Source of the DNA: Carcharhinus amblyrhynchos
Lineage: Eukaryota
Assembly: GCA_965287045.1 (NCBI GenBank)
Contig: OZ336878.1
Location: 101,370,001-101,434,000 of the forward strand
Reading direction: 5' to 3'
Length of the DNA stretch: 64,000 nt
Below the pieces are notes generated by a model. That model was given only the letters and a program-made list of their open reading frames with translations. It was not told the DNA's origin and did not search any database. A program made the position numbers and the translations under genes. Shown here piece by piece: positions 50,651 through 63,559 of the stretch (positions within the stretch are counted from its first letter, which is position 1; every line of letters begins with the position of its first letter).

Positions 50651-51231
50651 CCAAATGTATTCCGCTTTACAGCCTTGTGTCTGGTGAGACAATGGTTTGC
50701 CTGGTGACTCTGACAGAACCTGTATGCCTCTCTTGGTGAGCCTTGCGGCTCATCTGAATGTTCCTGGTGTGATCAGGGATCCCATTATAGTCTTTGCCTC
50801 CTTTATTCAGAGGGATGGAGTGAATTGAGAAGGTGCAGGATTTGCTGGTTTCTCTCTCGGGCCGTCCATTTGGCCAGCTGAGCTTTCCAAATCTGCTCTC
50901 CTACCTCATGGTCCAGCCCTAGATATCAGAGCGATAGGCACTGCCTCCCCGTGTCTTTATCAATATCTGTCACTATTTATGTCACATCTCCAGATGTCCT
51001 TTCAGTGAACACATTGATACAGAAGGTTGTCACCCAGTCTTGGGGGTTACAGCTCTTTTCCATCCCATGAACTTGACTGAGTTAACTTTGTTTTCCAAAG
51101 AGTCCAACCCAAGCAGCTCCCAGCTACCTCCCCAAATGTTTAACACATTCAGTGATGACCTCTTAGATTCCTAATCAGTCTTCTTTTCTGCAGTTGTGCA
51201 TAGTGAGTGCTAACTACACGTCAAAGGGGAA

Positions 51232-52005
51232 ATCAAGGAAAACTCCACCTTGGCAAATGAATCCCTCAACACCGATAGAGTGGAACCTTATACAATGGTC
51301 AAAATGGTCTTCATTGTGACTCTGACAGGACCTGTATGCCTGGTGACAATTATTGGAAACATTTTAGCCAGCGTTTCTATCAATGTAAACAGACATTCGC
51401 AAACCATTAATAATGTATTTATTTTCAGCTTGACCTGTTCTGATTTGATTATTGGTGTAATCTCTATGAATCTATAGATCATTTAAACTGTTGTTGGCTA
51501 CTGGCCTTTGGACCCAGTGGTATGTGATTTGTGGCTTGCTCTAGAGTACGCTATCAGTACTGTATCTGGGAAGAAAATCATTGTCATCAGTTTTACTTCT
51601 GTGTGACAAAGCCCCTGGGTTACCCCGTGAAGAGAATGGTGAGGATGGCAGAGATGATGCCGTTTATCCATGGCTCTTTTCCCATTCTCTTCTGGTGATT
51701 CAACATAGAGGATACTTCAGTCAGTGAGAGTAAGTGTTATGTACTGTTCCTCACAAAACCAGGTGTCGTATTTGGCATTTCCATAGCTACCTTCTATATC
51801 CCTGCGCTCATCATGATTAATAGCTTGAGCTAGCAAATGTCAAATGAAAGAGAACTAAAAAAACAGCCTGAATCAAGAAATGACAGTATTTCACCCTCAC
51901 AAGCAAAGGGCAACATAATAGGGAAAAATGATCACCACATTGCTCCTGGCGGTTTGTCACAGATAAAACTGCAAAATGTCAAAATAACTAGAGAAATTCT
52001 AGGAA
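51232..52005 (+). pseudogene. CHRM2: Inverted, 3'-truncated muscarinic M2-like pseudogene (TM1 to mid-ICL3)
   Basis: Acceptor ttcttttctgcAG at 51193. ATGATG mutated to [30 protein letters not shown]; TAG at 51475; [18 protein letters not shown]; deletions remove DRY; ends at a CR1 insertion. Closest to paralog C. Confidence 0.88.
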
Positions 52006-52009
52006 AATG

Positions 52010-52660
52010 GGAACATAGGAATTAGGAGTGAGAGTCAGCATTTCAACCCTTCCAGCCCACTGCGCCATTCTATATGATCATGGCTGAACTCCATGTCATC
52101 CTAACTCCATTTCCCTGCCTTTTCCCCACAGACCTTTACCCCACATTTGATCAAATATTTATCTATCTCCTTCTTGAATTGATTGATTGATTCTGTATCC
52201 ACTGCACTCTGGGATAATGAGTTCTATAGATTCACAATCCTTTGTGAGAAGTAGCTTCTCCTTATCTCTGTCCTATTCTATAACTATGACCTCCTGTCTT
52301 AGAAAGGGAAATGTTCTGTGTATAAATTCCATTGAGTATTTTATATGCATCAATCAAATCCCCTCCCATTCTTCTGTAGTCCAGTGAGAATAAACCCACG
52401 CTACACAACTGCTTATCATATGACAACCCCTTCAAACCTGGAATTAATCTAGTGAACCTCTTCTGAACTGCTTCCAGTGCCACCACATCCTTCCTCAAAG
52501 AAGATGATCAAAACTGAACACAATATTTCAAGTGTGATCTCATTAATGCCTTATACAATTGCAACAACACTCCTCTACTTTTATATCCTAGACACTTGGT
52601 AATAAATGCCAAGATTCCATTTGCCTCCCTTGCAACACCTGCATAGCCGCTGTCTGAGAC
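52010..52660 (-). mobile_element. CR1 LINE 3' fragment truncating the M2-like pseudogene
   Basis: RKDVVALEAVQKRFTRLIPGLKGLSY..GLFSLDYRRMGGDLIDAYKIL. Confidence 0.85.
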
Positions 52661-52729
52661 TCTTGAACTAGGTGCACTGGCATCAGTATTGGGTAAAGTG
52701 AGGGCTGTACCAATGGGATGGCATATATC

Positions 52730-53117
52730 AGGTCGAGAGGCAACCTGATAGAGGTTTATAAAATGTTGAGAGGAATAGATGGGGTGGATTCTCGGAGGCT
52801 ATTTCCCAGGGCTGAGATGATCACTACGAGAGGACACAGGTTTAAGGTGCTGGAGAGCAAGTACAGAGGAGATTTTAGGGGTAAGTTTTTCACTCAGAGG
52901 GTGGTGAGTGAGTGGAATCGGCTGCCGTCGGTGGTGGTGGTAGAGGTGAACTTGCTGGGGTCTTTTAAAAGACTTCTGGATGAGTACATGGGATTTAATG
53001 GGATTGGGAGTTACGGATAGTTCTATGGCCTGGTAGGTATGGATATGATCGGCGCAACTTGTGGGCCGAAGGGCCTGTTTGTGCTATAGTATTCTATGTT
53101 CTACGTTCTATGTTCTA
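52730..53117 (+). mobile_element. CR1 LINE 3' end
   Basis: RGNLIEVYKMLRG..TRGHRFKV..FFTQRVVSEWNRLP and a (ttctatg)n tail. Confidence 0.9.
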
Positions 53118-53539
53118 TATCTGAATTGTGTTGGGATCAGTGTTCTTTTTGGGAGAAACTTAGTGATGAGGTTCCAATAGATGTCATGATAAGGAAAAGT
53201 TAGGTGCAAATACCTAGCACTATTGCCTTTATGAGGTGCATTTTGATCATGTTCCCTTTCAGGATATTTCTAGCAGGCCCTGGAATTTTGTTGGCACCAT
53301 GTTATCTGTGACCAGTGTCCTTTATTGTTGCTGAAGCAGGATAATTGAAACATGTTGATTTTAGTCAGAATTAATGCAGGGTTCTGCAGTTTTCATATGT
53401 ACCCAGGGATTGCTAAGTGGAGCTTGATTGGGGTTGAATAGCAGGCTATGCCTTGTGACTGAAGACAGGTTTTTTCCACAGACCATTCAAGTTTTAGTTT
53501 TGTTTTCCATTGCTGCCAGGAGCTGATGGAAGAAAGTAT

Positions 53540-53620
53540 TGTCTCTCTGTCTCTCTCTCTCTCTCTCTCTTTCTTTCTCTCTCTGTCTCTCTCTCTCTCT
53601 GTCTCTGTCCTTCTCTCTAT
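53540..53620. repeat. (TC)n microsatellite
   Basis: Directly visible. Confidence 0.9.
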
Positions 53621-55729
53621 CAGAGGCTTTCTGAAAGTTCCAAGGATGGATAGCTTCAGAGATTTCATCCACCACTCAAGGGATCAATTCACTTAGGTGT
53701 TAAAAGCTGCAAATCCAGCATCACGTGAGCACATTTGCTTTAATGCTAACTTAGACTGAAGAAGAGTGCACACCAATAGGGTTGCTTTACATTGGAACAA
53801 CATCAATAGCCAACTGTTATGGATTATCCTGTGCCATGTTTAAGCCTTGCATTTGAGAAAAGTCGTGCCACTTCATTTTTTTAATATTTGAACTGTGTTC
53901 TTCAATAAAGTTTGATTGATAAAAGCTTCCTAGTGGGTCATTTGAATCATAAGGGGAGTGAAACAACTTACGCTCATCCAAGCCAAAATCAAATGTAAAA
54001 CTAAGGGTCTCGGCTAAGTTCACAAAACACCATGGAGTTTCTGGCCTGGGTCTTAACAGTTGGAGAGATCTTTGAGGGATTAAAATCAATATTCCCTTTT
54101 TTGGTTTGGGATTATTGGACTCAAAGACAATGAGTAGTGAATACATTTGTGTTTTACTTTAAGGGGTTGAATTTGGATTACATGGGAGTACTGTGTGGAA
54201 TAATGGCTCTTTCTGAGGTTAAAAGGTTGCTGGGTGTAGAATAAATTACTAGGGTGGTTTACAAAAGTTGACTAAAATAAAGCTTTTGGAATTGGCAAAA
54301 ATGTTGCAGTTGAAATTATCTAAAAGGGCCAGGAAGGTGCAGATAATTGTGGTGATAGCTCAGCATTAACAGTTGCCAGAAACACTGTCAGAATTATTGG
54401 GAACGAACAAAATTCAATTACAAATGAAATAGCTTGTTATGCAGCCTTTAATTTTAAACACCTTCCAAGCATTCCAGTTTAATGAGACTAACAAGGACAA
54501 TAATTCAATGATTCATTTATTTAACACTACCAGTTCCAACTCAAATATAAACAGTTACAACTCATTAACTCTTTGCTGAACTTTAACTCTAACTGAACTT
54601 TAACTCGTAAACTGCACTTTAACTGAACATCAATTTTAACAATTTGACTGAAAATAGATACTATCGAGTTTAGGAAAACCTTGGCCAAGAAGTATCCTCG
54701 ATGTAGAATCTATCTTCTCCTTCCCTGAAGCAGGGCACAAGCCTTCTTGCGATGGTTGGTTTCTTCAAATTATTATTGCTGCCAAACAAATGCTCTTTAT
54801 CCACAATTCTCCACTTGCTTCTGGAAGATTTTCTATCATCGAACCAATGAATTGATCAGAATCCCAATTGTATTGTTCGATGAGGACAATCAAATACTGC
54901 CAGAATAATGTCATCAATAACTCCAGGACTCATCATTTCTAGGCCTCTTAAGCACATTTTAGAGTCATAGAGATTTACATTTTGATTTTTTTTTACATTT
55001 CAATGGTCAGGTAAGAGACACTGGCTCTCAAAAGTCTGAAAAGAACTCATCCCTGCCAAGGACAAGCTGTTGAATCTGACACTTTCTCTCCCTTGACAAA
55101 TTCCAGGCCACTGACCACAAGAAATCTCAGCATAGTGAAAAGAAACAATTTTAACCAAAGAAACAGGTCTGTTTGATTGAAGATGTTTTAGCATATTAAA
55201 ACCTACAACTGCAGACAACTCAGCCACAAACTTGAATATTAGAAGGAAATGAGAGTTGAATTGTGATTAAAAACAGAAAAAGAGGTAAAACATAGAAAAG
55301 AACAGAAAGGAAAAGAGAGTGAGGAAAGGGAAAAATAGACAGAATTTGAACTTCAGACACTGGAAATAAAAAGTGAACATCAAGTTAAAATGGTGAAGGA
55401 AAGGGGAATATTTGAGAGTGGTGATAAAGAGAGTTAGGAAGAGTGAAAGTTTTGCAGTCAAAGGCTGGATGGGGATTTGTTTAAATATGTCCAAGCATTG
55501 CCAAGGTTTGAGAAGGATGTAGGAGAATTTTTCATTTCACTTGAGAAAGTAGCTAAACAAATGAAATGGTCATAAGCCATGTGGGTAATTGCTAATTCAA
55601 ACAGCATTGGTAGGTAGAGTTAATGAGGTGTTTACATCAGTATTAGAGGTGGTAGCTAGGGATTATGATGAGGTGGAAAAAAGTGCTGATGCCAGAAGCC
55701 TACAGTCAACGATTTAGAAATCAAAGTGA

Positions 55730-55945
55730 TGTGTATATGGAGTGAGCTGCCAGAGAAAGTGGTTGAGGCAGATTCAATAGCAGCATTTAAAAATCATTTG
55801 AATAAGTACATGGATGGGCAATAATTAATGGGTATGATTCAAACAAAAGCAATTGGGAATAGCTGGGAGGGCACTATGGTCGGTATGGCCTGTTTGGGCC
55901 AAAGGGCCTGTTTCTGTGCTGTATTGCACTGTGACTCTATCACTC
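55730..55945 (+). mobile_element. CR1 3' fragment nested in the Gmr1 gag
   Basis: tggagtgagctgccagagaaagtggttgagg..gggccaaagggcctgtttctgtgctg. Confidence 0.8.
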
Positions 55946-58719
55946 CATAACCTGACCAAAGACACAGATTTTGAAAGAATCACACAAAGTAATTATGAGA
56001 GGTGCATAGGGGAGGGGCTTTCAAAATAGATCAGGCATATGATGTTCTTCGAGAAATGCTTACTTTGTAGGAGTTTAACAATTCACTTCCCAAAGCAGTG
56101 AGATCTCTTGTGGAAGAGCAGAGGGTTAAAACTGCAAGGTTAGCAGCAGAAATGACTGATGATTATGAATTATTTCATAAATTAAAGTTTGGTTTCCCAC
56201 ATCAGTTTCAGCCTATGAAGGATAGAAACTGGGAAAAAGAGAGATCCTTAGATGGTCAAGGTAAAGGAGAGCTCATGGGAGATCTCAGGTTGAAAATGAA
56301 ACATATGACAGTGGAAGAGAAATAAAAAGCCTCCAATTATTTCACTGTAATAAAATAGGACTCACAAAGTCGAGTGTTAGCAGTCTAAGAAAAGCACTGG
56401 GAAGATAAATACGGTAAAACAGGATAAGCTAGTAAGATTTTTTAAAGTGGTAAACGAATCCCCAGTTGAAACTAAAGTGTTGCAAAAGAATGTACAGCCT
56501 GACCAAGTGTTTGGTGATGAGAATGTGTGAGATGTCTTCAAATAACTTACTTATGTGTGTACAGTTTACTCAAAAGAAGTTAAAATTTTCAGGAATATGG
56601 GGACAAGTCAAGCTTGGATGGTGAGAGATGAGGAGTAATGTACTTTGGACGCAGTATTGCCAGAAAAGTGGAATTCACTTTAAGAAGAGTAGTGTTCCAT
56701 TATATAAGGCGAGGTTGGAGAATCCAATGAATAATGATGAAGTGGTAGTCGGAGTAATAGAGAAATTATCTTGTCCAGCAATACCATTTATCCTGGATAA
56801 CGATATAGCTGGATCATATGTGGGAGTGATACCTAGTATGTTTCACAAGCCAGTAGAAAATCAAACAATTAAGTTGTTAAAGGTTGCATATCCTCTGATT
56901 TTTCCTGGTTGTCTGGTAATAAGGTCACAAATCCATGAGTTAAGACAAGATGGGAAATCAAAGAGTGATGATAAAGAAGTGGAATTTGATTATCAGAAAG
57001 TATTTTTGATCAGAAAGTTGGAAAGGAACAAGGACAGATGGAGAATGAAGTGGATATTTTCAGTTCTGGAAAGTTGGCAGGGTTAAAACAGGAATATATA
57101 AAGATAAGACAGTTGTATCAGAAGGTATACACATGGAAGGAGAACTTGAGTGTATGCTAGAATGCTTTTGGCTTAAAAGTGAAGGCTTAATGAGGAAATG
57201 GAGACAGTTACATATTCAGGTGGATGAAAAGTGGGCAGAAGTTCATCAAGTTGCATTACTGATGGGTTCATAGAAAGGAGGTGCTGTGGGTGGTACATGA
57301 TAGGTGGTCATTTGGGAGTGAGAAAAACTCAAGCCAAAATACTGAAACAGTTTTATTGGCCTTTGCTGCATAAAGGTATAGTTGAATTTTGCCAGTCATG
57401 TCAGGAAATAGGGAAACATCAAGCACTGATAGAAACAGCATCCTTAATACCATTTGAGGGATCTTTTACAACTTTGCTGATTGCACAGGACCTCTCCCTA
57501 AAACAAAAAGTGGGAGTCATACCTTTTGACGATAATGGATGTATATGCTAGATTTTCAAATGCCATTCTATTATTCAGTATTACAGCTAAAAAGATTGTA
57601 GAGTTTTTTTTTAACTAGAGATGATCCACCCATGGAAATATAATCAAATCAAGGATCAATTTTTTCATCAAAGTTATTCAAGGAGTTTATGGACAACTTA
57701 GGAGTAAAACAATTGAAATCAACTACATGCCATCCAAAATCGAAGGGAGAATTAAGACCGTGGCTTCAAACTTCAAAGACAATGTTGAGGGCTTATTGTC
57801 ACGATTGTCTAGAGGATTGAGATAAAGAGTTTCAATTTGTACTTTTTGCAATTTGGGATGCACCTAGTTAATCAACTAAATTCAATCATTCCAATTGATT
57901 CTTGATTGTGATGTAAAAGGACTACTTAAATTGATTAAGGAGAAATTGATGAGGCAGAATTCTGAGAAATTGGACAATGAGTCAAATTTTAGGAAAAGAA
58001 TGTATTGAGCAGGTGAGTTGGCTAGGAAACATTCAAAATTGGCACAGCACTTGATGAAACAAGAGGTGGATAAGAAACCAAAAATTGTAGTTTTGCTAGT
58101 GAGGATAAAGTCTTACTATTGCTACAAATGGTAGGTGAACCTTTAAAAACAATATTTAGTGGGTCTTATCCAATTGAAAGGAAATTGAGTGAGGTGAATT
58201 GTTTGATAAGAACACCAAAAGAGGGAAAACTCATCAATCTGGCAATCCCTGATGCATAGTACGCATCCTGTTGGAGCTCCCCACACCCTGCCTCCCCTTC
58301 AGGCCCCATCCACTTCCATCCCTGTCCTTCCCCTTAGGCCCCAACATTCCAATTACCCCCTCTTAGGACCCTCCTCTTGGCACTGCCTAGCTCTTTTTAG
58401 GCAGTGCCAGGTTGCCAAGTGTGCACTGCCAAGTTGTCAGTGCCAGGTTGGCACTGCTCAAGGGGAACTATCTGCTCCTGCCTGCATCTATCTTGTAGGC
58501 CTCAATGGCTCCAGTTCCACCTGGGAGGCTATCACATCAGGTCTGCATTGATGAAGATCATATGTGTTCTTCACTACTGACGACCTCGACCGGTGAGGTT
58601 CTTAAGGCAAATCAGCCCAGAAGATTGTGTGTAGGGCTCACAAATAATATTAAAATGAGCCTCGGAAGGGTGCAAGGCTGATTATGCCGGTAATACCATG
58701 AGTGATAAGAAACTGAGTA

Positions 58720-59540
58720 CGAATATTGAGTTTAATTTATACAAATGCAAGGTGATGCATTTTGGCAGATTGAACCAGAGCAGGACTTAACTCAGTTAAT
58801 GGTAGGGCATTGGAGAGAGTTACAGAACAACGAGATCTAAGGGTACATGTTCATAGCTCCTTGAAAGTGGAGTCACAAGTGGACAGAGTGGTGAAGAAGG
58901 CATTTGGTATGCTTGGTGTCATCCGTCAGAACATTGAATATAGGAGTTGGGACGTCTTGTTGAAGTTGTACAAGACATTGCCAAGGCCACACTTGGAATA
59001 CTGTGTGCAGTTCTGGTCACTTTATTATAGAAAGGATATTATTAAACTAGAGAGTGCAGAAAATAGGAGGCTACCAGGACTTGTTGGTTTGAGTTATAAG
59101 GAGAGGCTGGATAGACTAGGACTTTTTTCTCTGGAGTGTAAGAGGCTGAGGGGTGACCTTATAGAGGTCTATAAAATAATGAGGGGCATAGATAAGGTAG
59201 TTAGTCAATATCTTTTCCCAAAGGTAGGGAAGTCTAAAACTAGAGGGCATAGGCTTAAGGTGAGGGGGGAGAAATACAAAAGTGTCCAGAGGAGCATTTT
59301 TTTCACACAGCGGGTGGTGAGTGTCTGGAACAAGCTGCCAGAGGTAGTAGTAGAGATGGGTATAATTTTGTCTTTTAAAAAGCATTCAGCTAGGCACATG
59401 GGTAAGATGGGTATAGAGCAATATGGGCCAAATGCGGGCAATCCGGATAAGCTTAGGGGTTTAAAAAAAGGGCGGCATGGACAAGTTGGGCTGAAGGGCC
59501 TGTTTCCATGCTGTAAACCTCTATGATTCTATGACTCCAT
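58720..59540 (+). mobile_element. CR1 LINE ORF2 3' part (relatively young)
   Basis: 238-aa ORF with RDLRVHV..LYKTLPRPHLEYCVQFWS..RLRGDLIEVYKIM..FFTQRVVSVWNKLP and a ctatgattctatgact tail. Confidence 0.92.
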
Positions 59541-60574
59541 AATGTGGTTTTCCACCTCTTGCGCAATCTTACTGGCTCACCATGCAAATCAATCGAAGTG
59601 ATGAGCCGGTAAGATCATCCCCAAAGTGTCACCCACTCCCCATACCTGACACAAAGGGCATGATTTTACAACCTTGTTGCGCCTGTTGATCGGTACAGTG
59701 GTGTCGTAAGATCTCACAAGAAACCAGAAATGAGAATCACTGGTTTCCAATTCATCAGCCACTTTTTCTGGGTGTGATGAGAAACGCGCCCAAAATTGGG
59801 TGAAACATCTAAATACCATTAGTGAGTCTGGCACACAATTGTCCCCTTCACTTAAGTTGAATACCTTGTCAGTGAGACATCTTGCCAGTGAGAAAAGCAC
59901 CTGCTCTGTAAAAGTCTGCTTAAGGTGCAGCAGTAGTGAAGTGAAGTGCGGAAGTGAGTACCACCAAGCACCAGCTTCCAGACAGTGATGGGGATGGGGC
60001 GTGTCTCAGCCACAGCCATATTGTGGGGTGGGGCCTTGCTTCGGTGGAGTGGTTTGGGGGGAGGGGGTGTGCCATTCTGGGGGTTCTGTGCTCATGGAGT
60101 TGGTGCTGGCTGGGGCCTGGTATTGGATTCCCCCCTGCTGAGTGAATCCCTAAGGGGCTGCTTATGAGGGCAGCTATCAATTGACTGATGTCACCATGAT
60201 CACCCTTCCACTGTCTCCTAAGCAGGCTGTCTGGATGACTTGCAGGCATTCCATCCTAAGCCCCACTAACGGTCACAAGCAGCACCTCTATTAGCTGCTG
60301 CTCCAAGCAAGGGAGCTCTGAAGCTGTTAAGTGTGACTCTTCACACTGCATGCACAAGCAGTAGTGATGAAGTATTGTGCATGTTGCCGCCCAGGCAATG
60401 TGCACAATAGCTTCATATGGCGAAGATCTGACATCCCCGGCTCTTCAAAGACCAGCAGGCACAACAACTTTAAAATATTTGGATTCAGTACTTAAAACAT
60501 CATAGCACTCCAGGATATGGAACAAGTGCAGGAAAATGGGATTAGCATGTCATTAGTAGTCCCTTGCCCCTGTC

Positions 60575-61570
60575 CCTTCATTCCCCATCTCTCTCTCTCA
60601 CCGCCCATTCCTCTCTCTTTATTCACTGCCTCTATCTTGCACTCCCTGTCTTCCTCCTTATTGATTCACCTCATCACTCCCAGTCCCTCTCACTCACTTT
60701 TCTCTCTCTCTCACTGATGATCTCTGTCTTTCTTTCACTTTATGTTTCTGTCTTTCTCATTCTGTCTCTCCGCTCCCTATCTCTCTCTCCGCTCCCTATC
60801 TCTCTCTCTATCACACACACACGCCATGTCTCTCTCACTCCATTCTCTCTCACTCCCTTTCTCTTCATGGCCTGTCTCTGTGTCTCTCACTCCAGGCCTC
60901 TGTTTCTATCACTCACAACTTCTGCACTGCCATGGTTCTCCCTCTCTCACTTCATTTGTCTCTCATTCTCTGCATCTTTCTATTTGCCTGTCTGTTTCTC
61001 TCTCTTTCGCTCCCTATCTCTTCACTGCCCATCTCTGTCTCACCCCCTGTTTCTCTGACTGCCTGTACCTGTCTCTTTCCCACTCAGCTCTCTCTGCCTG
61101 TCTCTGGATCTTTCTCACTCTCTGTTTTTCTGACTGCCCGTCTGTCTCACGGCATCTCTCTCCCTCTGTCGTTGTACCTGTCTTCCTCCATCTCGCTGTG
61201 TCTGCCTCTGTTTCTCCCGCTCCATTTCTCTGACTGCCTGTCTGTCTCTCACTCCTCTCTCTCTCTCTGTCTGCCTCTTTCTCTCTCTCTCTTTCTCACT
61301 CCCAATATCTCTTACTGCCTGTCTCTACCTCTCTTACTCCATCTCTCTGATTGACTGTCTGTCTCTCACTCCACTCTCTGCCTGCCTCTATCTCTCTCTC
61401 ACTCCCTATATCTCTTACTGTCTGCCGCTACCTCCCTTACTCATCTCTCTGACTCTCTATTTCTCACTCCATCTCTCTCTGTCTGTCAGCCACTGTCTCT
61501 CTCACACATACACTCCGTCTCTCTGCTGTCTCTTTATCTCTCACCCTGTCTCTCTGACTTCCTACCTCTG

Positions 61571-61605
<35 letters not shown>

Positions 61606-61770
61606 TTCCATCTCTCTTACAGCCTGTCTTCTCTCACTCCATCTGTCTCTCTGCCTGCCTTTGTCTCTCTCTCTCACTCACTCCGTGTCTCTCTGTGCCT
61701 TGGTCTCTCTCCCTTACTCCATCTCTCTCTCTCTGCCTCTCTTTCACTCCCTGTCTCTCCGACTGCCAGA
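60575..61770. repeat. CT-rich low-complexity tract
   Basis: Degenerate (CT)n/ctgtct/ctcact repeats. A second tract lies at about 62110-62440. Confidence 0.9.
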
Positions 61771-62679
61771 CAATTCCTGTGGCTGTTCCGCATTGGCATC
61801 TTTTATTAACGAGGCACAGTTATTTTTTTTAAACAGCGTGAACTCCTGTGTTTCCCACTCTCCCAGGTTTGAGAGAATAAGAGCGATGTGCACCTCCAGG
61901 GAAGTCCGGGTGGAAATACAAATTATATTTCAAACGTCTGCACGTCACCGGAGCTGTCGAGCTATAATCCACTTGGAGCTTTCCGGAAGCTTGATCACAT
62001 TGCAATGAGAAAGGTCAGGTGGTGTTTGACAACCATCTTTAAGGTTTTTGTCTATTAGAAAATGAAATTTGCTTTATTTGCATCTTTAATATCATAATTA
62101 CATCTTCATTACACCCTTGCTTCTTGTGTCTTTATGTCTGACTCACTGTCTCATCTCTCTGTAAGTGCCAGTCTCTGTCCCTCTCTCGCTGCCTCTGTCT
62201 CTGTGTCTTTCCCTTTCTCAGTTGTTATCTAATCTGTTTTTATCAGACCATGTCTCTCCCGCGGTCGTTCTCTTCTCTCTTCCACTGCCTATCTTTATAT
62301 TACTGATTGTCTCTCTCACTCCTCTTGTTTCTCTCGCTATTTCTATCTCTCTCTCACTGGCTATTCTCTGTTTCTCCTACTCTCTGCCACTTTCTCCCTT
62401 TTGTGTCACCATCTATCTCTCTGGATTACATTCTCTCTCACTCTGTGAACCTGTCGAGCTGTCACACAGCGCTGACTGCAATGTAAAAGACTTTGGTCAG
62501 CACTCTTTGTGTCAGCATTGCGGAGATTGAGGCATTTCCTGCAGTTATTAGTCATCCTCTTCACAGTGACTCCTCATGGTCATGTTCCTGTTGCCTAGCA
62601 CCCGATTTGTTTACACTTCTTATCCAGTGACCGGAACTGAGGAGCCTCCGATCGGAACTGATTGTGAGTGACAATATTG

Positions 62680-63545
62680 AGGGAGTGCAGCACTGTGAGA
62701 GGGTCAGTACTGAGGGAGTGCTGTCCTGTCACAGGGTCAGTGCTGAGGGAGTGCTGCACTGTCAGAGGGTCAGTACTGAGGGCGTGCTGCACTGTCAGAG
62801 GGTCAGTACTGAGGGAGTGCTGCACTGTCAGAGGGTCAGTACTGAGGGAGTGCTGTCCTGTCACAGGGTCAGTGCTGAGGGAGTGCTGCACTGTCAGAGG
62901 GTCAGTACTGAGGGCGTGCTGCACTGTCAGAGGGTCAGTACTGAGGGAGTGCTGCACTGTCAGAGGGTCAGTGCTGAGGGAGTGCTGTCCTGTCACAGGG
63001 TCAGTGCTGAGGGAGTGCCGCACTGTCAGAGGGTCAGTGCTGAGGGAGTGCCGCACTGTCAGAGGGTCAGTACTGAGGGCGTGCTGCACTGTCAGAGGGT
63101 CAGTACTGAGGGAGTGCTGCACTATCAGAGGGTCAGTACTGAGGGAGTGCCGCACTGTCAGAGGGTCAGTACTGAGGGCGTGCTGCACTGTCAGAGGGTC
63201 AGTACTGAGGGCGTGCTGCACTGTCAGAGGGTCAGTACTGAGGGAGTGCTGCACTGTCAGAGGGTCAGTACTGAGGGAGTGCTGTCCTGTCACAGGGTCA
63301 GTGCTGAGGGAGTGCCGCACTGTCAGAGGGTCAGTGCTGAGGGAGTGCCGCACTGTCAGAGGGTCAGTACTGAGGGAGTGCCGCACTGTCAGAGGGTCAG
63401 TACTGAGGGCGTGCCGCACTGTCAGAGGGTCAGTACTGAGGGCGTGCCGCACTGTCAGAGGGTCAGTACTGAGGGCGTGCCGCACTGTCAGAGGGTCAGT
63501 ACTGAGGGAGGGCTGCACTCTCAGTGGGTCAGTGCTGAGGGAATG
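62680..63545 (+). repeat. 33-bp minisatellite, about 26 copies (gagggagtgctgcactgtcagagggtcagtact)
   Basis: Directly visible. It explains the 11-aa periodic ORFs on both strands. Confidence 0.97.
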
Positions 63546-63559
63546 GTGTATCATCAGTG

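Larger units (their letters stand above)
37090..50700. repeat. Segmental duplication unit C (rearranged: large insertion at about 38500-43050, GPR139-like exon 2 deleted)
   Basis: 37090-38120 matches 1560-2560 and 24545-25310; 43050-45870 matches 3140-5420 and 26030-28760; 48495-50340 matches 8810-10320 and 32030-33420. Confidence 0.75.
53125..58240 (+). mobile_element. Decayed Gmr1-like Gypsy LTR retrotransposon (putative LTR about 53125-54060, gag, protease, integrase) with nested insertions
   Basis: gag (YVQALPRFE..FFISLEKVAKQMKW), zinc knuckle remnant, protease region (FILDNDIAG), integrase HHCC (GGHLGVRKTQAKILKQFYWP..FCQSCQ) and core, in gag-pro-int order. Confidence 0.8.

Noticed and set aside
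50283-50707. ORFs spanning the N run
   Set aside because: Artefacts of the assembly gap.
58810-59526. 238-aa ORF as a host gene
   Set aside because: It is the C-terminus of CR1 ORF2 from a 5'-truncated insertion.
60517-62530. Leu/Ser-rich ORFs
   Set aside because: Translations of CT-rich low-complexity DNA.
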